Shown in pieces: positions 37,601 to 49,015 of a DNA stretch of 64,000 nucleotides (its first letter is position 1; every line of letters starts with the position of its first letter). The notes under the pieces were generated by a model. That model did not search any database. It saw only the letters and a list, made by a program, of their open reading frames with translations, and was not told the origin of the DNA. This stretch comes from Psilocybe cubensis (lineage: Eukaryota): NCBI GenBank assembly GCA_017499595.2, contig JAFIQS020000014.1, forward strand, positions 124,001 to 188,000. The letters run 5' to 3'. The position numbers and the translations under genes are program-made.

Positions 37601-40600
37601 AGCATCAAGAAGGCCTCTGTTGAGGCGTCAACTTGTTGGCGAGTCAAAGAAGGCAATCTTTTATGCACAGGTACTCGTGAAAATCTTAACCATCTGGTTG
37701 CTTCAATTCCTGTGATTCTTACAATTGAAACTGGTGACGACTCCAATTCCCAAGGTTCTGAACCTCAATCTTGGAGCTTTCCAGCTGCTTTGTATCCGGA
37801 TACACAAGTCCTTGGAAAGAACGATGGCGTTGTATATGATTTAATTGGCCTCGTCCTTTTCAATCCTTCCATCCAACATTTCATATCTCGCTACTCTTCA
37901 CCCGATCGCAAACAGATTTATACCTATGATGGAATGGCACATGGTGGACGGCCCATTATCGAACCAAAGGCTAAATTTGTGAGTTACATTGCTGGCGAAA
38001 AACCAAAACTACCACAGGGATATCGCATATATCAGGCATTCTATCGTCTTCGTGGTGGAGTTCCTGCACAAAAGAAGTTCCATGACATTCGTGTTCATGC
38101 CTTTTCACAACGATTTGGTTTGGTATTTGATAACACAGACTCAGCCATACCAAAAGTTTCTCTGAGGCTGCCTTACGAGGGCTTGACATTACTTGATCGC
38201 TCCAAACGCCAGGCATGGACACAAAGACTTGACAATGCCATCGAGTACATCACCATGGAACCCGGTATATCTGATGAAGACTGCATGGAGATTGATGACG
38301 CTAAGTCCGACACTGGAGAGTCAGAGCGTCCGGACACGCCTATAGTAGAGGACCATCTTGATAAAGAGGAAGATCCACCAAGTTTTCTGGATGGTGCTAA
38401 ATGTGAGGTTGAAGGGGAAGAGCCACCAAATTCGCTGGAAGGTGAACAAATGGAAGAACAGGTCCCACCTAATGGTTCAGATTCTGGAAGAGAATCCTCG
38501 CTCCTCCATTCTCAAGTTTTGTCTATGCCAGATTCACTCTTCTCCATTAATTGTCGCTGTGGTGCCACTGGCAACGGAAACATACTATATCGAGATGATC
38601 TTGAAGGTGCAGTCATATAGTGCAACTCCTGTCAAGAGTGGTCGCATATAGCTTGTCAGCGTCATGGCAGAGCGTGTAGGCTTCACATAAAGGATAGATT
38701 CACATGCCATCATTGCAATCTTGATGTTTTGGAGAAGTTTGATCGCAGACGAGTCTCTGAGCGCAGGTATGAACTCCACTCTAAGTTTGTTTTACACTAT
38801 TAAATGTCAATTCTTTTTTTTTTCAGAGAGATGGAAGATCGCACTCTCTCAAAGAAGCCCTTACACGAACGACTTCGACGAGGAAGAGGAGTTTTGGCAA
38901 AGCACGGATTATTCTGGTATCCCGCTCGTTTAATTCATCTGAAGAACAACGAAGGTTTATTTGGCGTACGCTGGTGGCGAGGTTGCCAATTTCAGGATCC
39001 TGGAGTAAAACCTGATACTGTGAGCTTTGTGGGTCAATTAGATATCGTTGACTCTTTGTGGGGTGATAGATACGGACGTCGTCAGATCCAGGTCAGTTCA
39101 TTTATGTGGCTGAAGCAACCCTACACATACTCATAGATATTTAGCTCGGAAAATGGGAACAAGCATGGCAGATCCCCACGGACGATGATATACTGTCCGA
39201 TCCATCATCAACTCCTTATTCAAGTGAAGTAGACGAGGCTCTTACACCGGCAAAGAAGATACTGTACGACCTTCTTTGCGACCCCGAAAAGGTTGATTCA
39301 AACCTTGTTCCTGCAAAAGCTTGGTTGGAAAGCAAGAATAAGGACATCTTCAAAACCATTATTCCATACACCGGTCCACTCACGGTTGTTGAAAGAGCAC
39401 AAATATCCAATTGGTTTGAATCTGAAATCACCAAGGACAAAAGGCTTAGACGATACTGGGTTTCTCTGCTGCCTTTGGCCCATGCACACACAGTCTACAT
39501 AGCATCTCTCATCTTGAAAAGTCAGCAGAAGGTCAACGACTCGCTTCTTGATTCCGCTTGGGACGTACAGTGCAGTCCAAAACCACTTAGAATGTTTGAA
39601 CGAACCGATGTTGATCTGGAATGTCTCTCTTTCCTAGAAGAGGAGATGTTTGAAAATTCTTTGCGAGCTGGAATTGCTGGAAACTATCAATGGGGGTTGG
39701 ATGTTGGAAACCATCAAGATGACTGGAAGCCTTATTTATGCAGGGATTGGTTCATTGGTGACCGAGAGGTCAATGACGATGAGATGCTGGTATGTGTTCA
39801 TTACAATCTTTTGATAGTATGATCATATTTTGATATCTTTGTATGAAGCCGGGTCCAAAGTACATTGATCAACCCAAAACAAAGGTAGAAGTTCAACCCA
39901 AGAGACCTCGTCCTAAGCCTCGGCCAATTCCAAAGAAACGGAAGTGGGATGACAATTAGTTATTTAGTACAACTGAATGCGTAGCATACTACATTCCTTG
40001 CAGAAAATAGCTTAATATACATTGATTTTCATGCGAATTTTATACAGAACTTTGCACGCAAATAGCACGCTACTTCAACAACGCTGCACGTGTTTAAACA
40101 TCATGCACACGCAAGACATAGCATTTCGCACGCAAAGTTGTGTGAAAGACACGCAAATTTGCTGATTTGCATTTATGCGTGGCACGCAAAAATAGGTCGC
40201 ACGCGGGCTAACCACGCTGATTTCCTGGTGCCCCATGTAGCCTTGTAATGTAAAATTTTATTGAAATAAAGTTTTGCAAGACTGAGTGATGTCAGTGCAT
40301 GTCAGTGCATCGATGTTATATGTCAGTGCATAGACATTATATGTCAGTGCAGACGTGCACTGACATGCACTGACATGCACTGACATTTCTTGTTGCCCCC
40401 CTCCAACCCAACAAAGTACGTGTGCGGCGGGCACTTCTTCAAGCTTGGGGCGGAGAAACCGACCGCAGCTGAGACGGCCGGTATCAGGGCGATCCGCAGG
40501 GACCTCGTCTCGGAGGTGAGGCCGGAGAACCTCGTCTGGAGCTGCCTGCTTTATGGCGATACGCTGTCCTTATATGATGGTGCGTTTGTTGCGGACGATG

Positions 40601-41326
40601 CTGTCCCTTCTGGAGCATTTGTGTCGACTACTGTGGCCCCTGGGACTGGGGTCGATTTTGGAACTATCCCTCTGCTCCGTGTAAAGTGAATGACCTACTT
40701 AGGAGACATGGGATTGAGTGTCTGCCTGTTATGTGAATACGTGCTTGATAATATACATAACACATTGATATGTTTTTGGACATAGGGCAGCACGTGTATA
40801 ATTCTCTTTAGCAGTAAAAAAATACACAAGACAAATATACCATATAGAAAATAAAACTCCAAGTTCATTTGGAGAAATCGGCAAACTTGATTGTAATCGA
40901 GATGCACTTGCGTGCACTTGCATTGCACTTGCATATTGCATGTGAGTGCACTTGTATGCATTGCATAGTAATTGAGTGCCACCGTGCCTATTGAAGGCTT
41001 TTATCGGGGTTGACGCCATGATATCTCTGGAATTAGGTGAGACCGTGACAGTGAGGCTTCCTATGCCCGAATCAAGATACATAGGTCATGGTCGAGTTTT
41101 CCACAGCTGCCTTCAAAATTAAAGACGCAGCCGTCTCCTGCACTGATTCAGACCCGGGAACAGGAACAGACTCTGCCATAGTGTCATCCTCCAAACCTTC
41201 ACTAGCACATCAACGGCTGCAGTAGGCTCTGCTTTTCCGGACAATTTCTATTGGATTGACAACTCCTCAAAAGATAATATTTCTCCACAAATTGATATAC
41301 ACAAATTACAAAGATCAATTGGTACA

Positions 41327-42396
41327 CTATATTGCGCACATGTACCTTTTGACAGCCGATCGACGGGCATTTAATCCATTGGCTGGAATAATGCCCATAG
41401 TATCATTGTAAAAATAAATTAACTTGAGTATATCACCATGTGTTAGGGATTGAGGATCCCCTTCATAAAATGTCGGTGTATCTCCGATTTGAGGTGTGGG
41501 AATTTCATTCACATATGGTTCGAGCACATATTTTGCACTGTTGTCTATATTTGCTGTGATCAGCCCTTGGGCCTTGTCAAGACCTGGCCCAGGTATCTAA
41601 AAAATAGACGGTCAGTTAAAAGATAGGAAAATAGGAAAAATTAAATGGCATCGACATACAACTTTCTGAACTGGTGAATACTCTCCTGTGGGGACTGATT
41701 TGTTTCTAATTTGATCTTGATGTTGTTGGATTGTACAAACCCTAATTGGATGTCGGTTCGAAGTGTGTTCACTTCAGTACGGAGTCCGTTCATGTCAGCA
41801 CGGAGTCTGTTCACTTCAGTAGGGAGTCCACTGAGTCCATTCACTTCCGTACGTAGTCTGTTCACTTCAGTACGGAGTCTGTTTATGCCGGCACAGAGTC
41901 CACTGAGTCCATTCACTTCCGTACGTATTCCGTTCACTTCAGTACGGATTCCGTTTATGTCGTCACGGAGTCCGTGAAGAATCGCCACAATGTCAGCAGG
42001 AGTAGCAGTGTACTCAAGCGTGGCATCTAGCATTACAACAATCGTTAGAAACAAAAGTGAAACACTGAAAAATTGGTGTGGACGCACGGATATTTTCAAC
42101 TGCCACGGCACGAAGCTCTGCGCCTTTTACCACTTCGTCTGTCAAAAATGGGTGCTTTCCAACGGCTTTAAAACAAGACAGATTTAGGCTTCCAGCAAGA
42201 GAAAGGGAAATGAATTCAGTTTGGTCTCACTTTGTAGCACGCAAAGCGCCTGTGCACTAGCTTTGGCATCTGCGACGTTCTCGCTATCGATTTCAGTGCC
42301 GGCCACAATTTGCTGGGTCAAATCGATTGCTCCTATGGTTTCAGGGGTTCCATATTTTGAATGAATTGAGCTGATATCGTTGGGGTAGGTCGGCAT
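41327..42396 (-). CDS. Coiled-coil protein with Mug135-like C-terminal domain; apparent 1-nt frameshift at ~41710
   Basis: Multi-exon gene from MPTYPNDIS. Heptad repeats (LRTEVNG)n at ~41760-41960. C-terminal IPGPG...LTHGDILKLIYFYNDTMGI...RRSAVKRYM. The conserved-looking RNK..YSPVQKV segment is in a shifted frame. Confidence 0.6.
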
Positions 42397-42580
42397 TATG
42401 AAGTTTACGAGGAAGTAGGAAGCAAGCCTCGAAAGGAAGATTGTGGCTGACGTTGAACAGCCGGGCCAAGAGTTGGTCCAGTGCCGCACTGGCAGTCACA
42501 CAGAACTAGTCACACTAGTGATAAATAATTTAGCGCGACGCCAGTTGAAACCAGCAATGCCCACGACCGTGACTGTTTGA

Positions 42581-44180
42581 CTTATAACAGTAAAAAAAAA
42601 GATAAATAAAAGACAATCAGGCAGAAGAAAACAGAACGGGTGAAGAGAGCATTTTTGAGAACGAGGTAGAACGTGAAACGTAGAACGTAACCGTAAACTA
42701 ACCATCTCATACGTACATACCATACCGTGCTATAAAATCGCATTATAAAACACCCAAGACACAAAGTCTGAACAAATCCAACGCTCATGCATTTTTATAA
42801 AACAGCTTCGATTTTCAGATCGAAAAAAAAGCGAAAAAGGAAGCAAGCAAGGACGGAGGAAGGGAGGGAGTGAAGGAAGATTGACGACGAGAAATAAAGC
42901 AAGGAGAGCGTGTGTATGGGTGTATGAGCGTAAGCGCGCGTGTGTGTGTGTGTGTGTTTATGCGTATGTGCGTGTGCGTGTGTGAGGGGTAAATCAGGCG
43001 AGTAGTGCATGAGTAAAAGCATTAAACATCGAACATTGAACATTGAACATCGAACATTGAAATATCGAAATATTGAAATATTGAACGGGGGAAAACAAAA
43101 CAACAAGCCATGGTAGGGAAGCAAACAGGGGAGGTGAGCGAGTGAGACAGACAGACAGACACAAAGGCGAATTGAAAGTGTCCAAATTCACGCCCGAGTC
43201 CAAGAACACATGCAACGTGGGGGACTTGTCGAAAAATCGAAATCGAAATTTAAATCGAGATCCATCGACATTTTTACGAGAAAAAAGAATAGAGCAAAAC
43301 ATAGGGAGAAAAAAAATCAACGACAAAATGGGGTATTGGATGGGATGTACGGATCCACATGGACCTATACACTAACCCTTACCCTATCCCTTAGTATGAC
43401 ACAATTTTCCGTTGAAAAAGCAAACATTGAGAAATAGAGTTGTACTTACTAGTTTTTGGCCTTTCTTTATGTTGTAGTGCTTACATTCTGAGTGTGCGAA
43501 CAGCCTATTGCATGGCATTCTGATAAAATTAGCAAAGACCGTGGTAAATTTAAACTTGTGTCGTGGTAAAGCTGTGGTCAAGTCGTGGTTTCATCAAAAC
43601 CAATGGTGTACGTGTTGGTATTATCCTAGGGCGGTCTCTCTGAAGATGGGCTTCCGTAAAGCAGTTATTTCAACAGATTGTTAAGGGTGCAATTCTTCCA
43701 GAAAATCTGAAATTTAACTGAGTTTATATTGGCCTATCACAGCAAAGCATAATTTGTCTTGCTGTGGGTGTTTACATAGATTATTTTGATGCAGAAGGAG
43801 CCGAGATAAGTTGGAAACAAAAAAAATTGAGAAATAATTACAAAAGTTGTTTGAAAGTGAATAGGACTTGGTATAGGTTCATATAAACCGGGTATTACTG
43901 TATCATTGATAAGAAAACCATTTGATACAGCAATGTAAGCCTAGGTCACAGTACGACCACACCAAAGTACGTTGTTCAACTAAGGGTGTATGTACTAATG
44001 ATTAAGTACTTCATTACGAAACCTGACACAAATGTACGTATCAAGGTTCTGGATTTTCTATTTTTGTACTGACCAAAATCTGAAGCCAGACACTTCGCAT
44101 TTTCAACGGAAAATCGTGTCATACCTTAGCCTGACCCTATCCCTGACTTGGACCCTCACCCACACCACCTTTACTTCCCA
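42581..44180 (-). repeat. Inverted, diverged copy of the MADS gene stop codon and 3' flank (53790-54631), interrupted by a MITE
   Basis: Reverse complement matches from GGGAAGTAAAGGT through GGTCCATGTGGATCCGT, TCTTGGACTCGGGCGTGAATTTGGACAC and AAAAATGCTCTCTTCACCCGTTC to TACTGTTATAA. Confidence 0.88.
43394..44124. mobile_element. MITE (731 bp) with 25-bp TIRs and 4-bp TSD CTTA
   Basis: GTATGACACAATTTTCCGTTGAAAA ... TTTTCAACGGAAAATCGTGTCATAC, flanked by CTTA on both sides. Confidence 0.88.
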
Positions 44181-45970
44181 AAAGATGTCACTAGGAGTAC
44201 TTCAAAGTAAACATCCAATGGTCCTTGGTCCACGCCATACCAATTCATCCAGGTTGCTGTGTGTTTGTTGATTGAGTGCATGACAATTGTACGGCCGACC
44301 GTGGTCGTCCGAAGAGCCCTGTGCTCAACATCCAGAATCACAGCAGAAAGCCAGAGCAAAGTGACTTTTGGACTTACTTAAAGTAGACAAACAAATCCGA
44401 GCAGGTGAAGTCTGAAGCAAGGAAATGGAAGAGGGACATGGGGTCTTCAGCGCCACACCCATAATTTCCGTCTATGATCCCTGAACCACTTCCCTCATTC
44501 TGACCAGCCTACCGAAATCGCATGAACTTCAACAATAACAGAATGTACGTAATCCCTCGGCTTCGTTGGCTGGAGGTGAGTTCTAGGTGGGTAATCGAGC
44601 CTTGAAGGATGAAGGGTCCCTTCTATCAGGCTGATATCATATCATGTACCGAATGACCTCCGAAGTAGGGAACCGAGAAAGATTGTCCAACGCAGAGAGT
44701 GTAAATGACGGTTGGGAAAGTGAGCAGGCGCAAACGCTATATCCGATATCGAGAGATCGATGCTTGCACTGAACGTCGCTATTCGGGTACGAACCCGGAA
44801 CACGCAGAAACAAGGGTCTTTCGTTGGAACTTTCGAGATTGATTTGACCACATCGTGGAGTGAGCACCACCACGACCTCACTGTTCTGCCCCGAACAATC
44901 CACGTACAGGGTCTGGCGGCGATTAGTATAAAAGTCGACGTATTGTGAACCTTGCACTCTAAAGTCACTCCACCAACACTCACTGAACACTTACTTTCTT
45001 CTTACATCCTCTACCACCCTCTAACTATACTCAGTATTCGAAATGTCCAACTCCAAATCTGAACTCACTAAGCACCTAGTCGAATTCACCGAGACCTCTG
45101 CTACATACGAAGACCTCGTCGTTCTCACTCCAAGACGTATGCCTCGTCAATACCTTGCACAGTCACACAAATATCTCTGACCAACATTCCTCCTCACAGT
45201 ACCATACGAAGGAAACTGGGGATATCTAGGCCAGGCCGCCTGGAAACGTGACGGCCCAACCGCGCCTCCCGTAAGCCATTCCCCAAACACCCGCCCAGTC
45301 CAAACAACCATCCTAACACCCCTTCTCCTCCTCCTCCCTCATCTTCCATGCAGCGCGGATTCATCCTCATGGCCGCAGAAGGCAGCGACGCGCTAGGCGA
45401 CATCGTCGACTGGGAGCCAGTCCTGCGCAGCGTCGAGCCCACGCCGTTCACCACCTGGCGCGGCGTCACGCGGGACCCAAAGTACGTGTGCGGCGGCGAC
45501 TTCTTCAAGCTCGGAACGGAGAAACCGACCGCAGCTGAGACGGCCGGCATCAGGGCGATCCGCAGGGACCTCGTCTCGGAGGTCAAGCCGGAGAACCTTG
45601 TTTGGAGCTGCAGGCTTCCGTTTGATACGCTGTCGATTTATGATGTTGCGGTTGTTACGGGTGTGGTTATCCCTACTGGAGCGTTTGTGTCGACTACTGC
45701 GCCGAGTGGGATCAATTATGAAACTATCCCTGTGCTCCGTGTTGAGTGAATGATGTACTTGGGAGACATGGTTTTGAGAGTCTGCCTGGTATGTGAATAC
45801 GTGCTTGATGATATACACAATACATTAATATGTTTTTGGATATAGGACTCCACACGCTCGCTGCGCGTGTATAATTCTTTTTAGCAGTAAATAATACACG
45901 AGACGAATGTACTATATAGAAAATAAAACTACAAGTTCATTTGGAGAAATCGGCAAGCTTGATTGTAATC
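44181..45970 (+). repeat. Segmental duplicate of 17900-17985 + 21510-22709 + 40408-40900 (pre-insertion state of the copy-6 locus)
   Basis: Long collinear identity in promoter, gene and 3' flank, lacking both large insertions. Confidence 0.9.
45043..45749 (+). CDS. Vps62/DUF946-like small protein, copy 7 (186 aa; exons 45043-45136, 45200-45270, 45354-45749)
   Basis: Open spliced frame MSNSKSELTKHLVEF...NWGYLGQAA...AAEGSDALGDIVDWEP...TTWRG...KPTAAETAGIRAIRRDLV...IPVLRVE*. TATAAAA at ~44927. Confidence 0.87.
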
Positions 45971-46649
45971 GCAATGACAAAGTTTCACATACCATCGCCA
46001 TAAAAATTCGGCTGCAAGCTAAAGCTGACATGCGCTTTGACAGTCACTCATACTCATAGTCAAGACGTAGTATTTATATCGTAGACAGACGTTTAGGAAA
46101 AACGTTTAATAAAGCAGAGCACAGTAGAGAAAAGTAAAGTAAAGTAAAGGTACGTAGCAGCAGAACGACATAACAAGAAACATATATTGGAAACAGAAAG
46201 CGAGAATGACGCCTGGCCCCTGGGCGTGGGAATTGGAGTGTGGGAGCGAAGGAGTTAGAGGAGCTTTTGCAAGTGTACGAGGAGAGGAAGATGAAATGGA
46301 TATCCGAGAATGGAACCATAATACGACACCGCCAACGCAAAGAACGCTCACGAATCAAAATGAAAATGAACGATTAGAGGGGAAAGAGTTGTCAATGTAT
46401 ATAAAGGTAACAAACAAAGGAAAAGAAAAGAAGAGAATTCAGGAGAAGAGACAGAGGATGGAAGAGAACGGGTGCAGCCGCAGAAAGCATTTTGATTTTT
46501 GATTTTTGATTTTTGAAAGAGACGTAGAACGTAACCGTAATCCGTAATCCGTAAACTAACCATCGCGTACGAATATACCATACCATTCCGTGCTATATAT
46601 CACACCACAACTGAACAATCCAATGTCACGGTTCACTCGTTAGTGGTCG

Positions 46650-47652
46650 TGATCGTGATCGTGATGCTCAAATTTAAGTTGTTCTGGATAGTGACATTGA
46701 TAGTGATAGTTATAGTGATAGTTCAGATGGAATATGTCACTTCGGATTTGACTGCTATCATTGTATCAAAGTAACTAACATTAGCTGCACCGGGTTTTTG
46801 CCTTGCCATAAATGATAGGGAGGATAGTATGCATGTAGTTGTCGTGATCGATGACTCGGACTGGACGTGTGGTTTTGTGTAAGACTAAGAGTGTGTGAAT
46901 ATAAATAGGTGTGATAGAGTGTGTCATTGTGATAGAGAGCGTGTGTCATTGTGATAGAGCTTAGAGTTTTTGGTGTGTATCGGATGGTTCGTGTTGCGGG
47001 GCTCGTATTGCGTATTGTCGCATTGCGGATTGCGGATTGGCCCGCCTCGTCCTCCCCTCCCCTCCCCCCAGTGTCAGCGTCAGCGTCAACGCTTTTGTTA
47101 GCGTTACGTTACCTCAATTATATAACATTAACAACTGTACCCAAGCTGAACCTTATCCTTATCCTGAAACGCAAATCGCAGAACAAAGAAACAAAACACA
47201 AAAGATAAAAGCCACTGTCAGTGTCAATGTCACTGACTCTACAAGGTCTTCAGCCTTGGCACAGCGACAAAGGTGAAAAAGGTGAGAGAGTGAATGGGCT
47301 TTGGGGGGATGTCGTCGGCACTGAGCACATCTCGCTGTCTGTCACCCCCTGTGAATTTGTGAAAATGTGAAAACGAAGGGGCGGCATCAGGAGAGAAGAC
47401 AACGGCATTTGTCAGACTCAATGGGCTGTCTGTTTTAGTTTTACCCTTGGACTGCGTTGCGGTGCTTGTACCTGTGCTAGCAGCTAGAACTGGTAGTACT
47501 AGTACCAGTAGTGGTAGTGGTAGTGGTATGTAGGATGTCGCACTGTCGGTGATGGGTGAGTCTGTGCGTGGGTTCCACGTGTCAGGGTAGGGAGGGAGAG
47601 TCCGGAATATCAAGGAGGGGTTGTAGCAAGGTCGAGGCGAGGAGACAGTTAA

Positions 47653-47690
<38 letters not shown>

Positions 47691-49015
47691 AGTCGGCGTC
47701 GCCCTGTGATTCAGATTCCGCCGTCACGGTTCCGGCCCCGTGCCCGGTGCGCAAAGTTGCACCTGTAACTGTAACTTAAGCGCTGGTGTATTTTGTTTCG
47801 ACAGTGCATCTTTTAATGTGTTCATAAATCAATCTCCTGAATCCTCGCGTTCGCGCGTTCTTTGTTGGAGCTTGCGATGAGTCTACACTTATAACACCGG
47901 GCGCTTGAGATTTAGCGAGCGGTAGGAGTAGCGGTAGCGGTAGTGTACTGTAAGTATCAGTAGTGTACTGTAACTGTAACTTACTAAATTAATAGGTTAC
48001 TTGAAATTATTATGGTTGTGATCGTGATCGTGATCGTGATCCTGATGCTTAAATTTAAGTTGTTCGGGATAGTGATAGTTCAGATGGAATATGTCATTTC
48101 AGACTTCAGACTTCTGACTTAAATTCAGATTTAGATTTGACGACGCAATCAATGGAACTAACATTAGCTGCACCGGGTTCATCAATACCTTACCAAAAAA
48201 TAGGCAGGATAGGATAGGATGGGATAAGAAATTAAGAATGTAGTTGGAATTTGAATTTTGAAAGGATGTGTAGGAGTGTATACTTGAATGGCTGTGATCG
48301 AGAGTGTTATTGAGTTGTAGAGTTTTTGTGGTGTATATCGGATGGTTTGTGTTGCGTATTACGGATTGCGTATTGTGTATTACGGATTGTGGATAGCGGA
48401 TTGCGGATTATGGATTGCGGATTATGGATTACGTTGAGGCGGAGGGCAGGGGAGGGGAGGGGAGGGGAGGACGAGGCGGGTGCCAGTGTCAGCGTCAACG
48501 TGAACGTGAACGCTTTTGTTAGTGTTACGTACCTCAATTATATACCAAGTTACCAACTGTACTCCAGGCCTTATCCTCATCACCGTAAAACGCAAAACAC
48601 AAAACAAAGAAACAAAAGCCACTAACTGTCAATGTCACTGTGACTCGGACTCTCCAAGGTCGTCGGCCTTGGCACAGCGAGAAAAATAAAAAAAGGTGAG
48701 AGAGTGAATTGGGGATGTCGTCAGATCGCGCTGTCGGCGCTGTCACCCGCTGTCAGTGTGAAAATAAATGCGAAAATGTGAAAACGAAGGGGCGGCATCA
48801 GAAGACAACGGCATTTGTCAATGCGCTGTCTGTCTTAGTCTTAGACTCTGTACCTGTGCTACTACTGGTACTAGTACTACTATTAGTGGTAGCACCGTCC
48901 GTGATGGGTGAGTCTGCGCGTGGGTTCAGCGTGTCGAGGTAGGGAGAACATAGTGCAGAATATCATGGAGGGGTTAGAGCTCAGGTCGAGGCGAGGCGAG
49001 GAGGCGAGGAGACAG
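46650..49015 (+). repeat. Two diverged direct copies (~46650-47650, ~47990-49015) of a ~1-kb microsatellite-rich unit upstream of the MADS gene
   Basis: Shared blocks GTGATCGTGATC..AAATTTAAGTTGTTC, CATTAGCTGCACCGGGTT, GTTACGT(T)ACCTCAATTATA, GTGATGGGTGAGTCTG and GGTCGAGGCGAGG. Confidence 0.85.

Larger units (their letters stand above)
28287..39959 (+). pseudogene. Multidomain MULE transposase (GCM-like DBD, DDE, USP/USPL1-like peptidase, PHD, Tudor-like), split by Gypsy and with a nonsense codon at 38618
   Basis: GCM-like 28795-29190. Frame restored across the Gypsy (HALP|DQKDRFEALV). DDE candidates VNDAAH, VMDFS, GCKEH, ETTNTEEAMH. Cys box RWESNSCWLDS and His/Asp box QHFISRY..YTYDG. PHD 38550-38716 with CAG>TAG inferred from the outer copy. 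Multiple GT-AG introns; 5' exons approximate. Confidence 0.85.
27118..40233 (+). mobile_element. Inner Mutator-like element (MULE), ~6.7 kb without the Gypsy
   Basis: TIRs GGGCATACAGAAATCAGTGTGG and reverse complement GGGCACCAGGAAATCAGCGTGG. Perfect 9-bp TSD CATGTAGCC (27109-27117, 40234-40242). GCACGC-type subterminal repeats. Confidence 0.93.
22710..40398 (-). mobile_element. Outer Mutator-like element (MULE), ~4.6 kb without the nested insert, non-autonomous
   Basis: Termini GGGCACTGGAAAATGTCAGTGCA and reverse complement GGGCAACAAGAAATGTCAGTGCA. 9-bp TSD CCCTCCGAC/CCCTCCAAC. Arrays of TGTCAGTGCA at 22723-22900, 26565-26722 and 40290-40386. Confidence 0.9.
22279..40689 (+). pseudogene. Vps62-like copy 6, split by the MULE nest (5' part 22279-22709, 3' part 40408-40689)
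   Basis: Joining across the insertion gives ...TIWRGIPSD|PTKYVCGGHFFKLG... in frame. The intron-1 donor is mutated (ATATGC vs GTATGC in copy 7). Confidence 0.9.
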
